Source: Pseudomonadota bacterium (lineage in GTDB: Bacteria; Desulfobacterota; Desulfobacteria; Desulfobacterales; RPRI01). Taken from it: a stretch of 35,266 bases of DNA. The stretch spans positions 1-35,266 of the forward strand of contig JBDRRF010000010.1 in assembly GCA_043825875.1 (NCBI GenBank). Direction: 5' to 3'. The notes under the pieces are model-generated. The model did not search any database. It had not been told where the DNA came from and saw only the letters and a list, made by a program, of their open reading frames with translations. The position numbers were made by a program, and so were the translations under genes. Each line of letters opens with the position of its first letter. Position 1 is the first letter of the stretch. Below, in pieces: positions 8,235 to 17,152 of this stretch.

Positions 8235-10673
8235 TTATGCCGCTTTCTGTAGGTATAGATATTTCTGAAATTCTATAAATAGCGAACTGATATTTGCCAC
8301 ATCTCCCAATATTTCTTTGGCATCTTCCAACGATTGATATTTATTTGTCAGTAAGATTGGCAATTTTTCCTGGTCGAGTTCTTCAACTCCTGTTTCTATA
8401 TATTTACTCAAAACGAATTCTATGAATTCTTTTTGTTTGTCGTTTAGTAAAGCAAAAATTGTTGCTTCGGCTCTTGTTATAGGTTTTATGTCGCTGTTAA
8501 ACACATATTCCAAAACATCGTATAAATCACTTCTCTCTGCATCAATCAGCTGTTGCAGTGTGCTTAATTCTTCTTTTCCAAAACCTGCTTCGTCCAATTT
8601 CTCAAGCAAGGTCTTCCGTGTTATTGGATTACTCCATAAAAGCCTTAATTCATCTTCGTTTTTAAAAAAGTTAGGAAGTTCGCCAAACAGATTATTTAAA
8701 AATTCTTCCGCCGATATTGGTTTACCGTCAGCACTCCAAAAAGAAGTAGCGATAATATGTTGTATTTCACGCTCTTTTCCATCTCTTAGCTTTATCTTAA
8801 CTTTCTTTATGCAGATACAGGGTCTTTGTCCGCATTTTTCACAGGGCTTTGGTGGTTTTTTTTCGCAAATACAAGGGCGTTGACCACAAATTTTACAAGG
8901 TTTAGGTGGTATCTTTTCGCAAACACAAGGCGTTTCTCTGCAATCAGGACAAGCATCTTCTTCCTCTGGTTCTCCATCCCATTCAGGGTCAGCAAAGTGA
9001 TGGAAAGCATCTACAAAATCATAAATGGTGAAAAATTCTTTCCCGTCAAATAAACGTGTTCCCCTGCCAACAATTTGCTTAAACTCAATCATTTGATTGA
9101 TGGGGCGCATTAAAACAATGTTGCGAATATTTCGTGCATCAACACCTGTTGATAGTTTTTGGGAAGTGGTTAATACCGCTGGAATTGTTTTTCCATTATC
9201 TTGAAATTCCCGCAAAAACTGTTCGCCTCTTTCACCATCGTTTGCAGTTACACGAACACAATAATTTGGGTCTTTACTTTTTTTGTACTGATTTACCAAC
9301 TCACGAACTGCGGCGGCGTGAATTTGTGTGGCACAGAAAATAATGGTTTTTTCGTTCTGATTGGCTTCGTCCATATAAATCTGAACACGCTTCGCCTCAC
9401 GCTCTTTGATTTCAATAATTTTATTAAAGTCGGGTTCTTCGTATATTTTTCCTTCTTCAATTTCTCCTTCAATAATATCGTCATTACTGGTGTATATATA
9501 ATCGTCAAGTGTTGTTTTGATGCGTTTTACCTTGAAAGGTGTAAGGAAACCATCGTTAATACCTTCTTTGAGAGAATAGATATAAACAGGTTCCCCAAAA
9601 TATTTATAAGTATCAACGTTATCTTTTCGTTTGGGCGTGGCCGTAAGCCCCAATTGTACGGCAGGTGAAAAGTACTCTAGAATTCCTCTCCAGTTTCCTT
9701 CGTCATTGGCTCCGCCACGGTGGCATTCGTCAATTACAATAAAATCAAAATAGTCTTTTGGGTACTGACCAAAATTGTAGTTTGCCGATTTATACACTGC
9801 AAGGGTCTCAGCAGCCATCAGCATTTTGACTTGTTCTTCATCCTTTTTATTTGCTGTATTATTGGTCATAAAGGATTGAAAAATGGTAAAAAAGATACTG
9901 CCGTTTGTTGGCACTTTACCTTTTTTCTTAATGTCATTGGGCCTTATGCGAACCATTGCATCTTCCGGAAATGCTGAAAATGCGTTAAATGCCTGGTCAG
10001 CTAAAAAATTCCGGTCGGCTAAAAACAGTATTCTTGGTCTTCTTTTGCCGTCACGATTTAAGTTCCAACGGGTTTGAAACAGTTTCCAGGCTATTTGAAA
10101 AGCAATAGCTGTTTTTCCTGTTCCTGTGGCAAGGGTTAATAAAATTCTGTCTTTATTTTGCGCCACTGCTTCGAGTGTGTTTTTTATCGCTATTTCCTGA
10201 TAGTAGCGTAATCGCCAGGTTCCGCTTTTATCTTCAAAGGCAATATTTGCAAATTTATCCCGCCAGTCGTTTTGATCAGAATAGGTTTTATCCCAAAGTT
10301 CCTGAGGTGAAAGAAAATCAGTAACAAAACCCTCTGTACCCGTTTTCATACAGATTTGATAAATCTCTTTTCCGTTGGTGGAGTATGAGGTTTCTAAATT
10401 AAGTTTTGCAGCATATTGTTTTGCCTGTGCCACGCCTTCGCCCACTTCCAGTTCATCACTTTTTGCCTCAACAACAGCCAGTTTAATGCCTTTGTAAACC
10501 AGAATATAATCGGCAATAAGTGGTTTTTTCCTGCTACCCCCCACCTATATTCTGCCCTCTGTAATTTTACAGACATTGCGTTCACGAAGGATTTTAGAAC
10601 CCTCTGCCACGCCCCAACCAGCGGCTTTAAGTTTAGGGTCTATTAATTCTGCTCTTGTTTCGGCTTCATTCAT
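8235..10673 (-). pseudogene. hsdR: Type I restriction subunit HsdR (EcoAI/EcoEI-like) interrupted by in-frame TAG at codon 43
   Basis: ATG at 10673 gives MNEAETRAELIDPKLKAAGW...GRI*VGG in frame with the 769-aa ORF; ADY..VEAK nuclease, ATGTGKT, DECHR, LTATP, QIVGRGTR. Confidence 0.85.
8811..8951 (-). repeat. Three tandem 18-aa Cys-rich repeats inside hsdR
   Basis: CPDCRETPCVC-EKIPPKP-CKICGQRPCIC-EKKPPKP-CEKCGQRPCIC, 54-bp period. Confidence 0.9.
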
Positions 10674-11700
10674 CCCTTTTCTCCCGACTATCAAGCAGTT
10701 TCTTTTCTATTTCTTCAAGCTGTTTTAAGTCTTCTTCGTCCGCTGCCAGGGCTTCCGCTTTTTTCCGTTTCTGATCGAATTCTTCGTAACGGTCAGCGGC
10801 AATTTTATTGGCAACTTCAGCCTTTACCCTTCCGGCATGGGTTAATATTTCCTGTTCATTGAACTCCAGAAAAGCATCAAGTTTCTCTGCCCATTGCTCC
10901 ATTGTAACGGTTTTTCTCTGTCGTGCCTGCCTTTCTGCATAATCCAGATACATGGTGACGATTTCATTCAGGTCTTTTATTTCATCTGCATTTAGATAAT
11001 TTTTGGCAATAGCAACATCCTGCTTTCTCACAATTGAACCCCGCCATGAAGTTAGCCCCATATTTGGCACATCGGGATTACTGCGATTTTCGATAAGTTC
11101 AGCAGCCGTTTTTCCTGTTGTAGCCCAGAGCATCTTATTTTGTACTTTCTTAAAGAAAATCTGTGCCTGTTCTGATGTTTTATCATAATCTATGGCAGTG
11201 GTGTAAATATCAAGAATTTTTTGATAAAATCGCTTTTCCGAAGCTCTGATATCCTGAATCCGCTCCAACCACTCATCGAAGTAATCCCATTTATCTGTTT
11301 GTTTGAGACGTTCATCATCCATGGCAAAGCCCTTGATGATATATTCTTTCAGGACATTCGTTGCCCATATTCTGAATTGAGTCGCCCTTTTGGAATTAAC
11401 CCGATAGCCTACAGCAATAATTGCATCGAGATTATAGTATTTGGTTGTCCTTGAAACGGCTCTATTGCCCTCTTTTTGAACTACCGAGAAATCCTCGACA
11501 GTTGAACTAACGGATAATTCCAATTCTTTGTATATATTTTTCAAATGAAGTGAAATGTTATCAGGAGTACAACCAAAAAGTTCTGCCATTTTTTTCTGAG
11601 TTAACCAGATAGTATTGTTTTGGAAAATTGTATCGATTTTTACTTTACCATCTATCGTGGTGTAGAGGACGATTTCGGATTGGTTTTCTGAATTTTTCAT
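10666..11700 (-). CDS. RhuM family protein
   Basis: TIWLTQKKMAELF, YYNLDAIIAVGYRVNS, IRASEKRFYQK and IAKNYL motifs. Confidence 0.9.
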   Translation of the reverse strand: MKNSENQSEIVLYTTIDGKVKIDTIFQNNTIWLTQKKMAELFGCTPDNISLHLKNIYKELELSVSSTVEDFSVVQKEGNRAVSRTTKYYNLDAIIAVGYRVNSKRATQFRIWATNVLKEYIIKGFAMDDERLKQTDKWDYFDEWLERIQDIRASEKRFYQKILDIYTTAIDYDKTSEQAQIFFKKVQNKMLWATTGKTAAELIENRSNPDVPNMGLTSWRGSIVRKQDVAIAKNYLNADEIKDLNEIVTMYLDYAERQARQRKTVTMEQWAEKLDAFLEFNEQEILTHAGRVKAEVANKIAADRYEEFDQKRKKAEALAADEEDLKQLEEIEKKLLDSREKRDE

Positions 11701-11703
11701 AAT

Positions 11704-12279
11704 TCACACCATCCAATTTTCTTCATTATAGGGCGTTGATGATTCCATTACAAAATTCCCCTCACCCACATTCAATTTATCCTTATTCCAATTCATGGGG
11801 TTATTTCTGATGTATTCTGATATTTTAACAAATTCATTTTCATTACGAATGATGTGTTCCCAATAATTTCGTTGCCAAATGCGTTTATCAAAGGACGGTA
11901 AAATATTTTGTTTTACCATATTAATATATTCAATTGTGGTATGCCGTTTAAATGATTGAACAACCCGCGACAATCCCGCACCAACCGTAGGGGCAGAATC
12001 CATTTCTGCCCTGTTTGCCGCAGAATCCATTTCTGCCCGATATATTTCCCCAATCCATTCCCGTCGTGTATAATCCACGCCTACCCCGTTTTGAATTGAT
12101 ATTTCGGTGAATAAATGGGCGGATATTTGGGCCGATATGGGGGCGGATATGGAATCCGCCCCTACGTGGGCATCCGTTTCCACAATGTCCATTATCGGCG
12201 TATTTTCAACAATTCCATGAAAATGATTGGGCATTATTTTATATTCGTTTAAATGAATATCAGGATTGTATTTTGCCAT
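11704..12279 (-). CDS. REP-associated tyrosine (HUH/Y1) transposase, apparently with an N-terminal internal deletion
   Basis: IMPNHFHGI HUH motif, WQRNYWEHIIRNE, YIRNNP; KYNPDIH joins directly to LNEYKIMPNH. Confidence 0.8.
   Translation of the reverse strand: MAKYNPDIHLNEYKIMPNHFHGIVENTPIMDIVETDAHVGADSISAPISAQISAHLFTEISIQNGVGVDYTRREWIGEIYRAEMDSAANRAEMDSAPTVGAGLSRVVQSFKRHTTIEYINMVKQNILPSFDKRIWQRNYWEHIIRNENEFVKISEYIRNNPMNWNKDKLNVGEGNFVMESSTPYNEENWMV
11987..12165. repeat. Inverted pair of GTAG-type REP palindromes inside the RAYT gene
   Basis: GTAGGGGCAGAATCCATTTCTGCCC (11987-12011) and GGGCGGATATGGAATCCGCCCCTAC (12141-12165), with partial duplicates between them. Confidence 0.8.
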
Positions 12280-12284
12280 TTTAT

Positions 12285-13493
12285 CTACAATTCACCATTG
12301 AATGCTTTTTGTAATATGGATTTTTTCAACTCTTCCAGGTCGTCTGTTTTTTGCAGGTAGATGGCTTCCAGTTTTTTCGTTTCGGCTGAAAGGGCATCGA
12401 GTTTTTGAACGATGGTTTGTTGTTCTTCTAATGATGGAAGAGGAATTGGAAAACTTCTCAATGCAGTTAAACCTACAAATTCTTGTGCTCCCCCATTAGA
12501 CATATATAAAACATATTTCATTGCTAAAGTTGATTTCAAATAATGTAAAAGGAAATAATTGTTTATTTTTTCAGTCTTTTTAATCAAACCAACATTTTTT
12601 ATACTGAAAATTCTTTTGTCATCAACAATACATGCCATTCCTCTATTTGCGCCAATCATAGAAATAAGAATATCGCCATAGGTAACATTTGACCTCTTAT
12701 AAAACTTTTCGTGAACTACTTCGGTAATAAACTTAGTGTTTTCTATAGTCAAGCCATCGGGTTTAATGTTTTTTTGTGTAACAAAGGGGATTCCATCTTT
12801 TACATATTTCGGACTATCATGTGTTCCGTCTTTTACTTCAGTTATTTCGTTGAGTTTCTTTTCTTCCCAACCCTCACCTTTATTCTCAAACACCCCTTGC
12901 AAATAACTCTCAAAAAGTTCTTTGGCGTTTTTAAGGTTTTGTTCGGCATTGGCTTTTGCTTTGGCTATGGCGGCAAAGGCTTTGTCTAAAATGGCTACTA
13001 TGCGTTTTTGCTCGGGGAGTGGGGGGATTGGAAAAATTAGCTGCCCTAATTTTGTAGCATTAAATCCGCCTTGTGCACTCCCTGAAATACCCTCATTAAT
13101 TTTATCCCAATATAATTGTGTTTGAAAATAATATGAAACAAACTCTGATGAAAAATCTTCTTTTGAAATCAATTTAAGCCTTATTAAATATGAAGCGAAT
13201 ACGGCTTTAGGAGGATTTTTCACTAAATAGCTTTTTCCAGTTGTGGCCCCAGTTCTTGCAAATACTATATCAGCTTCTTCCAGTTGATATTTTGGTAAAT
13301 CTAAGTCACTACATTCGCAATAAGGAACGGAACTCCATTCAACACCATTGTCTTTAATATCGGTTATTCTTAAAAATTTAGGCCCAATTTCAGTGAAGGA
13401 AGCTTTTTCTGTATATCCATAATTAATTTTTGCAACCTCCCCCAACTTCTTTATTTCCCAACCATCAGGTAATGGAGAATTTTCAATTTTCAA
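12285..13493 (-). CDS. hsdS: Type I R-M specificity subunit
   Basis: LPDGWEIKKLGEV; two TRDs; two conserved PxPxLxEQxxIV helices; KKSILQKAFNGEL; TTG start uncertain. Confidence 0.95.
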   Translation of the reverse strand: MKIENSPLPDGWEIKKLGEVAKINYGYTEKASFTEIGPKFLRITDIKDNGVEWSSVPYCECSDLDLPKYQLEEADIVFARTGATTGKSYLVKNPPKAVFASYLIRLKLISKEDFSSEFVSYYFQTQLYWDKINEGISGSAQGGFNATKLGQLIFPIPPLPEQKRIVAILDKAFAAIAKAKANAEQNLKNAKELFESYLQGVFENKGEGWEEKKLNEITEVKDGTHDSPKYVKDGIPFVTQKNIKPDGLTIENTKFITEVVHEKFYKRSNVTYGDILISMIGANRGMACIVDDKRIFSIKNVGLIKKTEKINNYFLLHYLKSTLAMKYVLYMSNGGAQEFVGLTALRSFPIPLPSLEEQQTIVQKLDALSAETKKLEAIYLQKTDDLEELKKSILQKAFNGEL

Positions 13494-13510
13494 TTTTCAA
13501 TTCTCCATTT
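13471..13510. repeat. Three heptamer repeats inside a 10-bp inverted repeat
   Basis: AATGGAGAAT ... ATTCTCCATT enclosing (TTTTCAA)x3. Confidence 0.8.
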
Positions 13511-14308
13511 TTCATTCTTCCCTGTCACAATTGGTTTTCCAGTCTGCTTTTCAATTTCCAATCGTGCTTTTTTAGCGGCTGTGCCACCTTTTCTGGCAAT
13601 ATCTTTATTTTCTTCCAAACCTTTGGGTTTCTTTTCTTTGGAGATTTCTGTGGTGGAGGCTTCGGCAAGCATGTTTAGAACCAGCTCCAAATTGGTCATG
13701 TTGTCGCGCAAATTTTCTTTTTTCAGCCCTTTAAGCTTTTTATAATCCTTTACAGTCTTTTCAGACCACGCTTTGGTTATTTCATTGGTTAAAATGGCAT
13801 AATCCTCGGTTTTTTTCATCCCCCGTTCCTGCCACTCATCGGTAAGTTCTTTTCTCACTTCAATACTTTTTAACCGTTGGTTAATCCATTCTTTGGAGTA
13901 TCCCTTTTTCAGATATGTTTCCATGGCACGGTCAAAAGCCAGTTCGGGATCTTCGGTTTCTTCAATTCGTTCACTGCCTACTTTTGCCAACCACAATTTA
14001 AAAGGTTCAGCTTTGGGCGATGGGATGGATTGAATTATTCTAAAAATCCCATCTGTATTGGCTGCTTGAATTTTTCTTATTTTACCATCAGCCGCTAACA
14101 TAGGAAGGGGGGTACAAATTGTACCCCAGTTGTTATTTAATTGAGTATCGCGAGAGCGCATTTTTTTAATATACTGTTTTACATCAGCACTTTCCGATAG
14201 AATTTGCACAACGTCCTGAACAGAAAAATACCATTTCTCCTGTTCTTCATCCCACAGAGTTCTTACCTTTTGTTTTTCGAATAATTGAATTTTATTTTCT
14301 TTGCTCAT
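13490..14308 (-). CDS. Bro-N domain protein
   Basis: VRTLWDEEQEKWYFSVQDVV, RIIQSIPSPKAEPFKLWLA and KENLRDNMT motifs. Confidence 0.88.
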   Translation of the reverse strand: MSKENKIQLFEKQKVRTLWDEEQEKWYFSVQDVVQILSESADVKQYIKKMRSRDTQLNNNWGTICTPLPMLAADGKIRKIQAANTDGIFRIIQSIPSPKAEPFKLWLAKVGSERIEETEDPELAFDRAMETYLKKGYSKEWINQRLKSIEVRKELTDEWQERGMKKTEDYAILTNEITKAWSEKTVKDYKKLKGLKKENLRDNMTNLELVLNMLAEASTTEISKEKKPKGLEENKDIARKGGTAAKKARLEIEKQTGKPIVTGKNEKWRIEN

Positions 14309-15774
14309 AACAGCTCCAAAATTGAATTCAAAATACTATCGCTCTCTTTATCAAGGGCTTTCATTTCTTTCAAAATCTCTTTGGGCTTACGTAAAGGTGC
14401 TTCTTCAGGCGTATTTGGATTTTTTGCAGAAAGGTCAAAGATAGTTTGGTCAATATTCTTTATATTTATAGTCCAGGAGTTTTCACTGTCGGGGCCGACC
14501 TGTCTGTCTGCCCATCTTTTTTGCAGTTCTACAAATTCAGCTAAATCTTTTTCATTTAGAGCATTTGTTTTACCAAGATTTCTATCTAAATTGAGTTGGT
14601 AAAACCACGTTTTTTTAGTGGAGCTTCCTTTCTCAAAAAATAATACAACTGTTTTAACTCCTGCACCCGTAAAGGTTCCGCCCGGTAAATCCAGCACAGT
14701 ATGCAGGTTGCAGCTGCTTAACAATTCTTTGCGTAGCGCAATAGAGGCATTATCGGTATTGCTTAAAAAGGTGTTTTTAATGACTACCCCCGTTTTTCCT
14801 CCAGCTTTGAGCATTTTAATAAAGTGCTGCAAAAACAGAGAAGCAGTTTCGCCTGTTTTTATGGGAAAGTTTTGTTGTACTTCGGCTCTCTCTTTTCCGC
14901 CAAAAGGAGGATTTGCCAGAATCACATCAAAGCGGTCTTTTTCCTGTATGTCGTCAAGGTTTTCGGCAAGGGTATTGGTATGGATAATATTGGGAGCTTC
15001 AACCCCGTGCAATATCATATTCATAATGCCAATAATATATGCCAAAGATTTTTTCTCTTTGCCGTAAAAGGTCTTTTTCTGCAAGGTTTCGGTGTCGGCA
15101 GTAGATAATTTTTTGCTTTGCTTTAAATATTCAGAGGCTTCACACAAGAAACCCGCCGAACCAACCGCACCATCATAAATCATATTACCAATTTCGGGAG
15201 CAACCACTTTAACAATGGTTTTAATCAGCGGGCGGGGTGTGTAATATTCGCCGCCATTACGCCCGGCATTTCCCATGTTTTTAATTTTCGCTTCATACAG
15301 ATGGCTCATCTCGTGCTTTTCCTTGTGAGTTCTGAAACGAAGTTCATCAACAAGGTTTACCACTTCACGAAGATTATAACCGCTTTGAATTCTGTTTTTC
15401 AGTTCGCTGAATATCTCACCGATTTTGTATTCAATGGTATCTGCATGTTCCGCATTGGTTTTAATTTTTTTCAGATAGGGGAAAAGTTCTCTGTTTACAA
15501 ACTCCACAAGGTCATCGCCGGTTAAAGCGTTGTGGTCAATTTTGCCATTTTCCAGTTTTGGGGCTGCCCATTTTGTCCATTGAAATTCGGGAGCAATGAT
15601 ATTTGTGTATGTCTTTCCTGTCAGTTCGGCTGCTGTGGCTTTGTCTTTTTCTAAATCGTCCAAATATTTCAGAAACAACACCCAAGAGGTCTGCTCCACA
15701 TAATCTAACTCACTACTGCACCCTGCGTCTTTCCAGAGGGTATCGTCAATATTTTTAAAAGTCTGTTCAAACAT
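14305..15774 (-). CDS. hsdM: Type I R-M N6-adenine methyltransferase
   Basis: Likely start MFEQTFKNIDD at 15774; GEYYTPR, DGAVGSAGFL, NPPF. Confidence 0.95.
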   Translation of the reverse strand: MFEQTFKNIDDTLWKDAGCSSELDYVEQTSWVLFLKYLDDLEKDKATAAELTGKTYTNIIAPEFQWTKWAAPKLENGKIDHNALTGDDLVEFVNRELFPYLKKIKTNAEHADTIEYKIGEIFSELKNRIQSGYNLREVVNLVDELRFRTHKEKHEMSHLYEAKIKNMGNAGRNGGEYYTPRPLIKTIVKVVAPEIGNMIYDGAVGSAGFLCEASEYLKQSKKLSTADTETLQKKTFYGKEKKSLAYIIGIMNMILHGVEAPNIIHTNTLAENLDDIQEKDRFDVILANPPFGGKERAEVQQNFPIKTGETASLFLQHFIKMLKAGGKTGVVIKNTFLSNTDNASIALRKELLSSCNLHTVLDLPGGTFTGAGVKTVVLFFEKGSSTKKTWFYQLNLDRNLGKTNALNEKDLAEFVELQKRWADRQVGPDSENSWTINIKNIDQTIFDLSAKNPNTPEEAPLRKPKEILKEMKALDKESDSILNSILELL

Positions 15775-16057
15775 TATGTTTTCCCATATGTTTTTTTCGT
15801 TCATTGGTAAAAGACCACCAAGGAAGGGGATTCCCACCTTCCATGAAGTGAACAGCCGATATAAACACATCAATAACACAGGGATCATGCAAATTACCCG
15901 ATACAGAGCATAGTTTCTTGTATAGGTTATATGGGTCTTTCCTGATCAATTTCCTTGGATGATCAATACCAATCAACTGGAGATCATTCGCTATCGCTTT
16001 TCCTATATTTGGAAGATCAATAAGTCGGGATACTGTTGCTCTGTCTGGATTCTTCAT
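15767..16057 (-). CDS. Helix-hairpin-helix protein, Cdd1/pathogenicity-locus-like
   Basis: Likely start MKNPDR at 16057; LIDLPNIGKAIA, HDPCVIDVF and PWWSFT motifs. Confidence 0.75.
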   Translation of the reverse strand: MKNPDRATVSRLIDLPNIGKAIANDLQLIGIDHPRKLIRKDPYNLYKKLCSVSGNLHDPCVIDVFISAVHFMEGGNPLPWWSFTNERKKHMGKHNV

Positions 16058-16073
16058 TCGGGGTTTTCCTTGT

Positions 16074-16134
16074 GACTGACGGCGGTTCAGTAGCCGCGCT
16101 TCCCAGCGGTTCAACTGAAAGCCAAGGTTTGTGC
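16074..16134 (-). other. Degenerate attC-like site
   Basis: CACAAAC...TTCAGT..CCGC-loop-GCGG..ACTGAA...GTCAGTC hairpin, ~12 bp after the upstream stop and ~16 bp before the next ATG. Confidence 0.5.
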
Positions 16135-16146
16135 ATTTGTAAATTA

Positions 16147-16413
16147 TTAATGATGCAATTCAGAATCAATTCGCTCAGAAAGAAAGATCTTTAACAGAGA
16201 CTGGTAGGGGACATCCCGTTTATTAGCTAGTAATTTCAATTCTTCAATCATTGATTCAGGGAGGCGGATCGATATCGTTTTAGTTGAAGGTTTAAGCCGG
16301 GAAAAAATGGCTTCCTCCGCATCAGGCCAGTCAATATATTCTGACGAATCGTTATTTTGCCAAAAAAGGCGTTCTTCAGCTTCACTATTAAATTTAGGTA
16401 TTTTCTTTTTCAT
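16147..16413 (-). CDS. BrnA/CopG-family antitoxin (orphan)
   Basis: KIPKFNSEAEERLFW, LKPSTKTISIRLP and DVPYQSLLK motifs. Confidence 0.85.
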   Translation of the reverse strand: MKKKIPKFNSEAEERLFWQNNDSSEYIDWPDAEEAIFSRLKPSTKTISIRLPESMIEELKLLANKRDVPYQSLLKIFLSERIDSELHH

Positions 16414-16452
16414 TTTAGATACCTTTCTACTTCCGCTTTGGTAATATCCCCT

Positions 16453-16502
16453 ATCATAATTAGAACTATATTGACAACATCTATATGATACTATTGATAT
16501 TA
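16453..16502. repeat. Partial copy of the dispersed ~100-bp module
   Basis: ATCATAATTAGAACTATATTGACAACATCTATATGATACTATTGATATTA aligns without gaps to 21254-21303 (about 43/50 by eye). Confidence 0.8.
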
Positions 16503-16678
16503 CAAGCTATCTCAAATAAATCTAACACCTCCTGACAGCGTTGCCTGGTCCGGTGATTCTTTCCATTAAGATAGAAATTACCCTATATTTCTTGAAGCCC
16601 GAGTATTCAGGTGGAGTTCTGGCAGCTATTTTGAGCCCCATCTTTAAGAAAAAACCGGTTTAAAAGTTTTTTTTGATG

Positions 16679-17150
16679 TTACGAGGAAGAAGGTTCTTTA
16701 GTTCTGAAGTTTAGAGTAAGTAATCGAGAGAGTGCAAGAACATTAAAGAAAATCCCTAATGCACACCACTTCAGAAAGTGCAGGCCTTTTCGCTTTGCTA
16801 TAACTACGCACAACAAACCCATGATTGGGGCTCCGCCGACATAAACTATCATAAAGGTGTCGATGATCTTCCATCTCAATATATCGTACCTTACGTCATA
16901 TGAATCTACGGCACCCATGAACTGTGCAATTTGGTCAAACTGAAGATCAGAAAGGAAGACTGGAGATGATTGCGATGATGAATACCGAATCCTCTGTCTT
17001 GGCCTTGTGGCTGAATATCCTCATTACACGGACGGCAACCCCAAACCGGATATCAGCGATAAAGAGCAGAACCAGGCAGGCTATATAAGACCATACCACC
17101 GGATCATATGAAGTGAAGATTAGCCACCACTTTATAGGCGAAGCATCCAT
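16679..17150 (-). pseudogene. Probable frameshifted membrane-protein gene (67-aa and 79-aa ORFs)
   Basis: Both ORFs are hydrophobic; the second frame stays open upstream of its ATG (FLSDLQFDQIAQFM) and overlaps the end of the first. Confidence 0.45.
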
Positions 17151-17152
17151 AA

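Noticed and set aside
8422..15525. Many plus-strand ORFs opposite the hsd locus
   Set aside because: Antisense shadows of well-supported minus-strand genes with no motifs
15775..15888. N-terminal extension of hsdM in the ORF track
   Set aside because: Overlaps the cdd1-like gene; the typical HsdM start is MFEQTF at 15774
16519..16685. Possible long attC between CTCGTAAC and GTTAGAT
   Set aside because: No convincing internal palindrome or L boxes by eye
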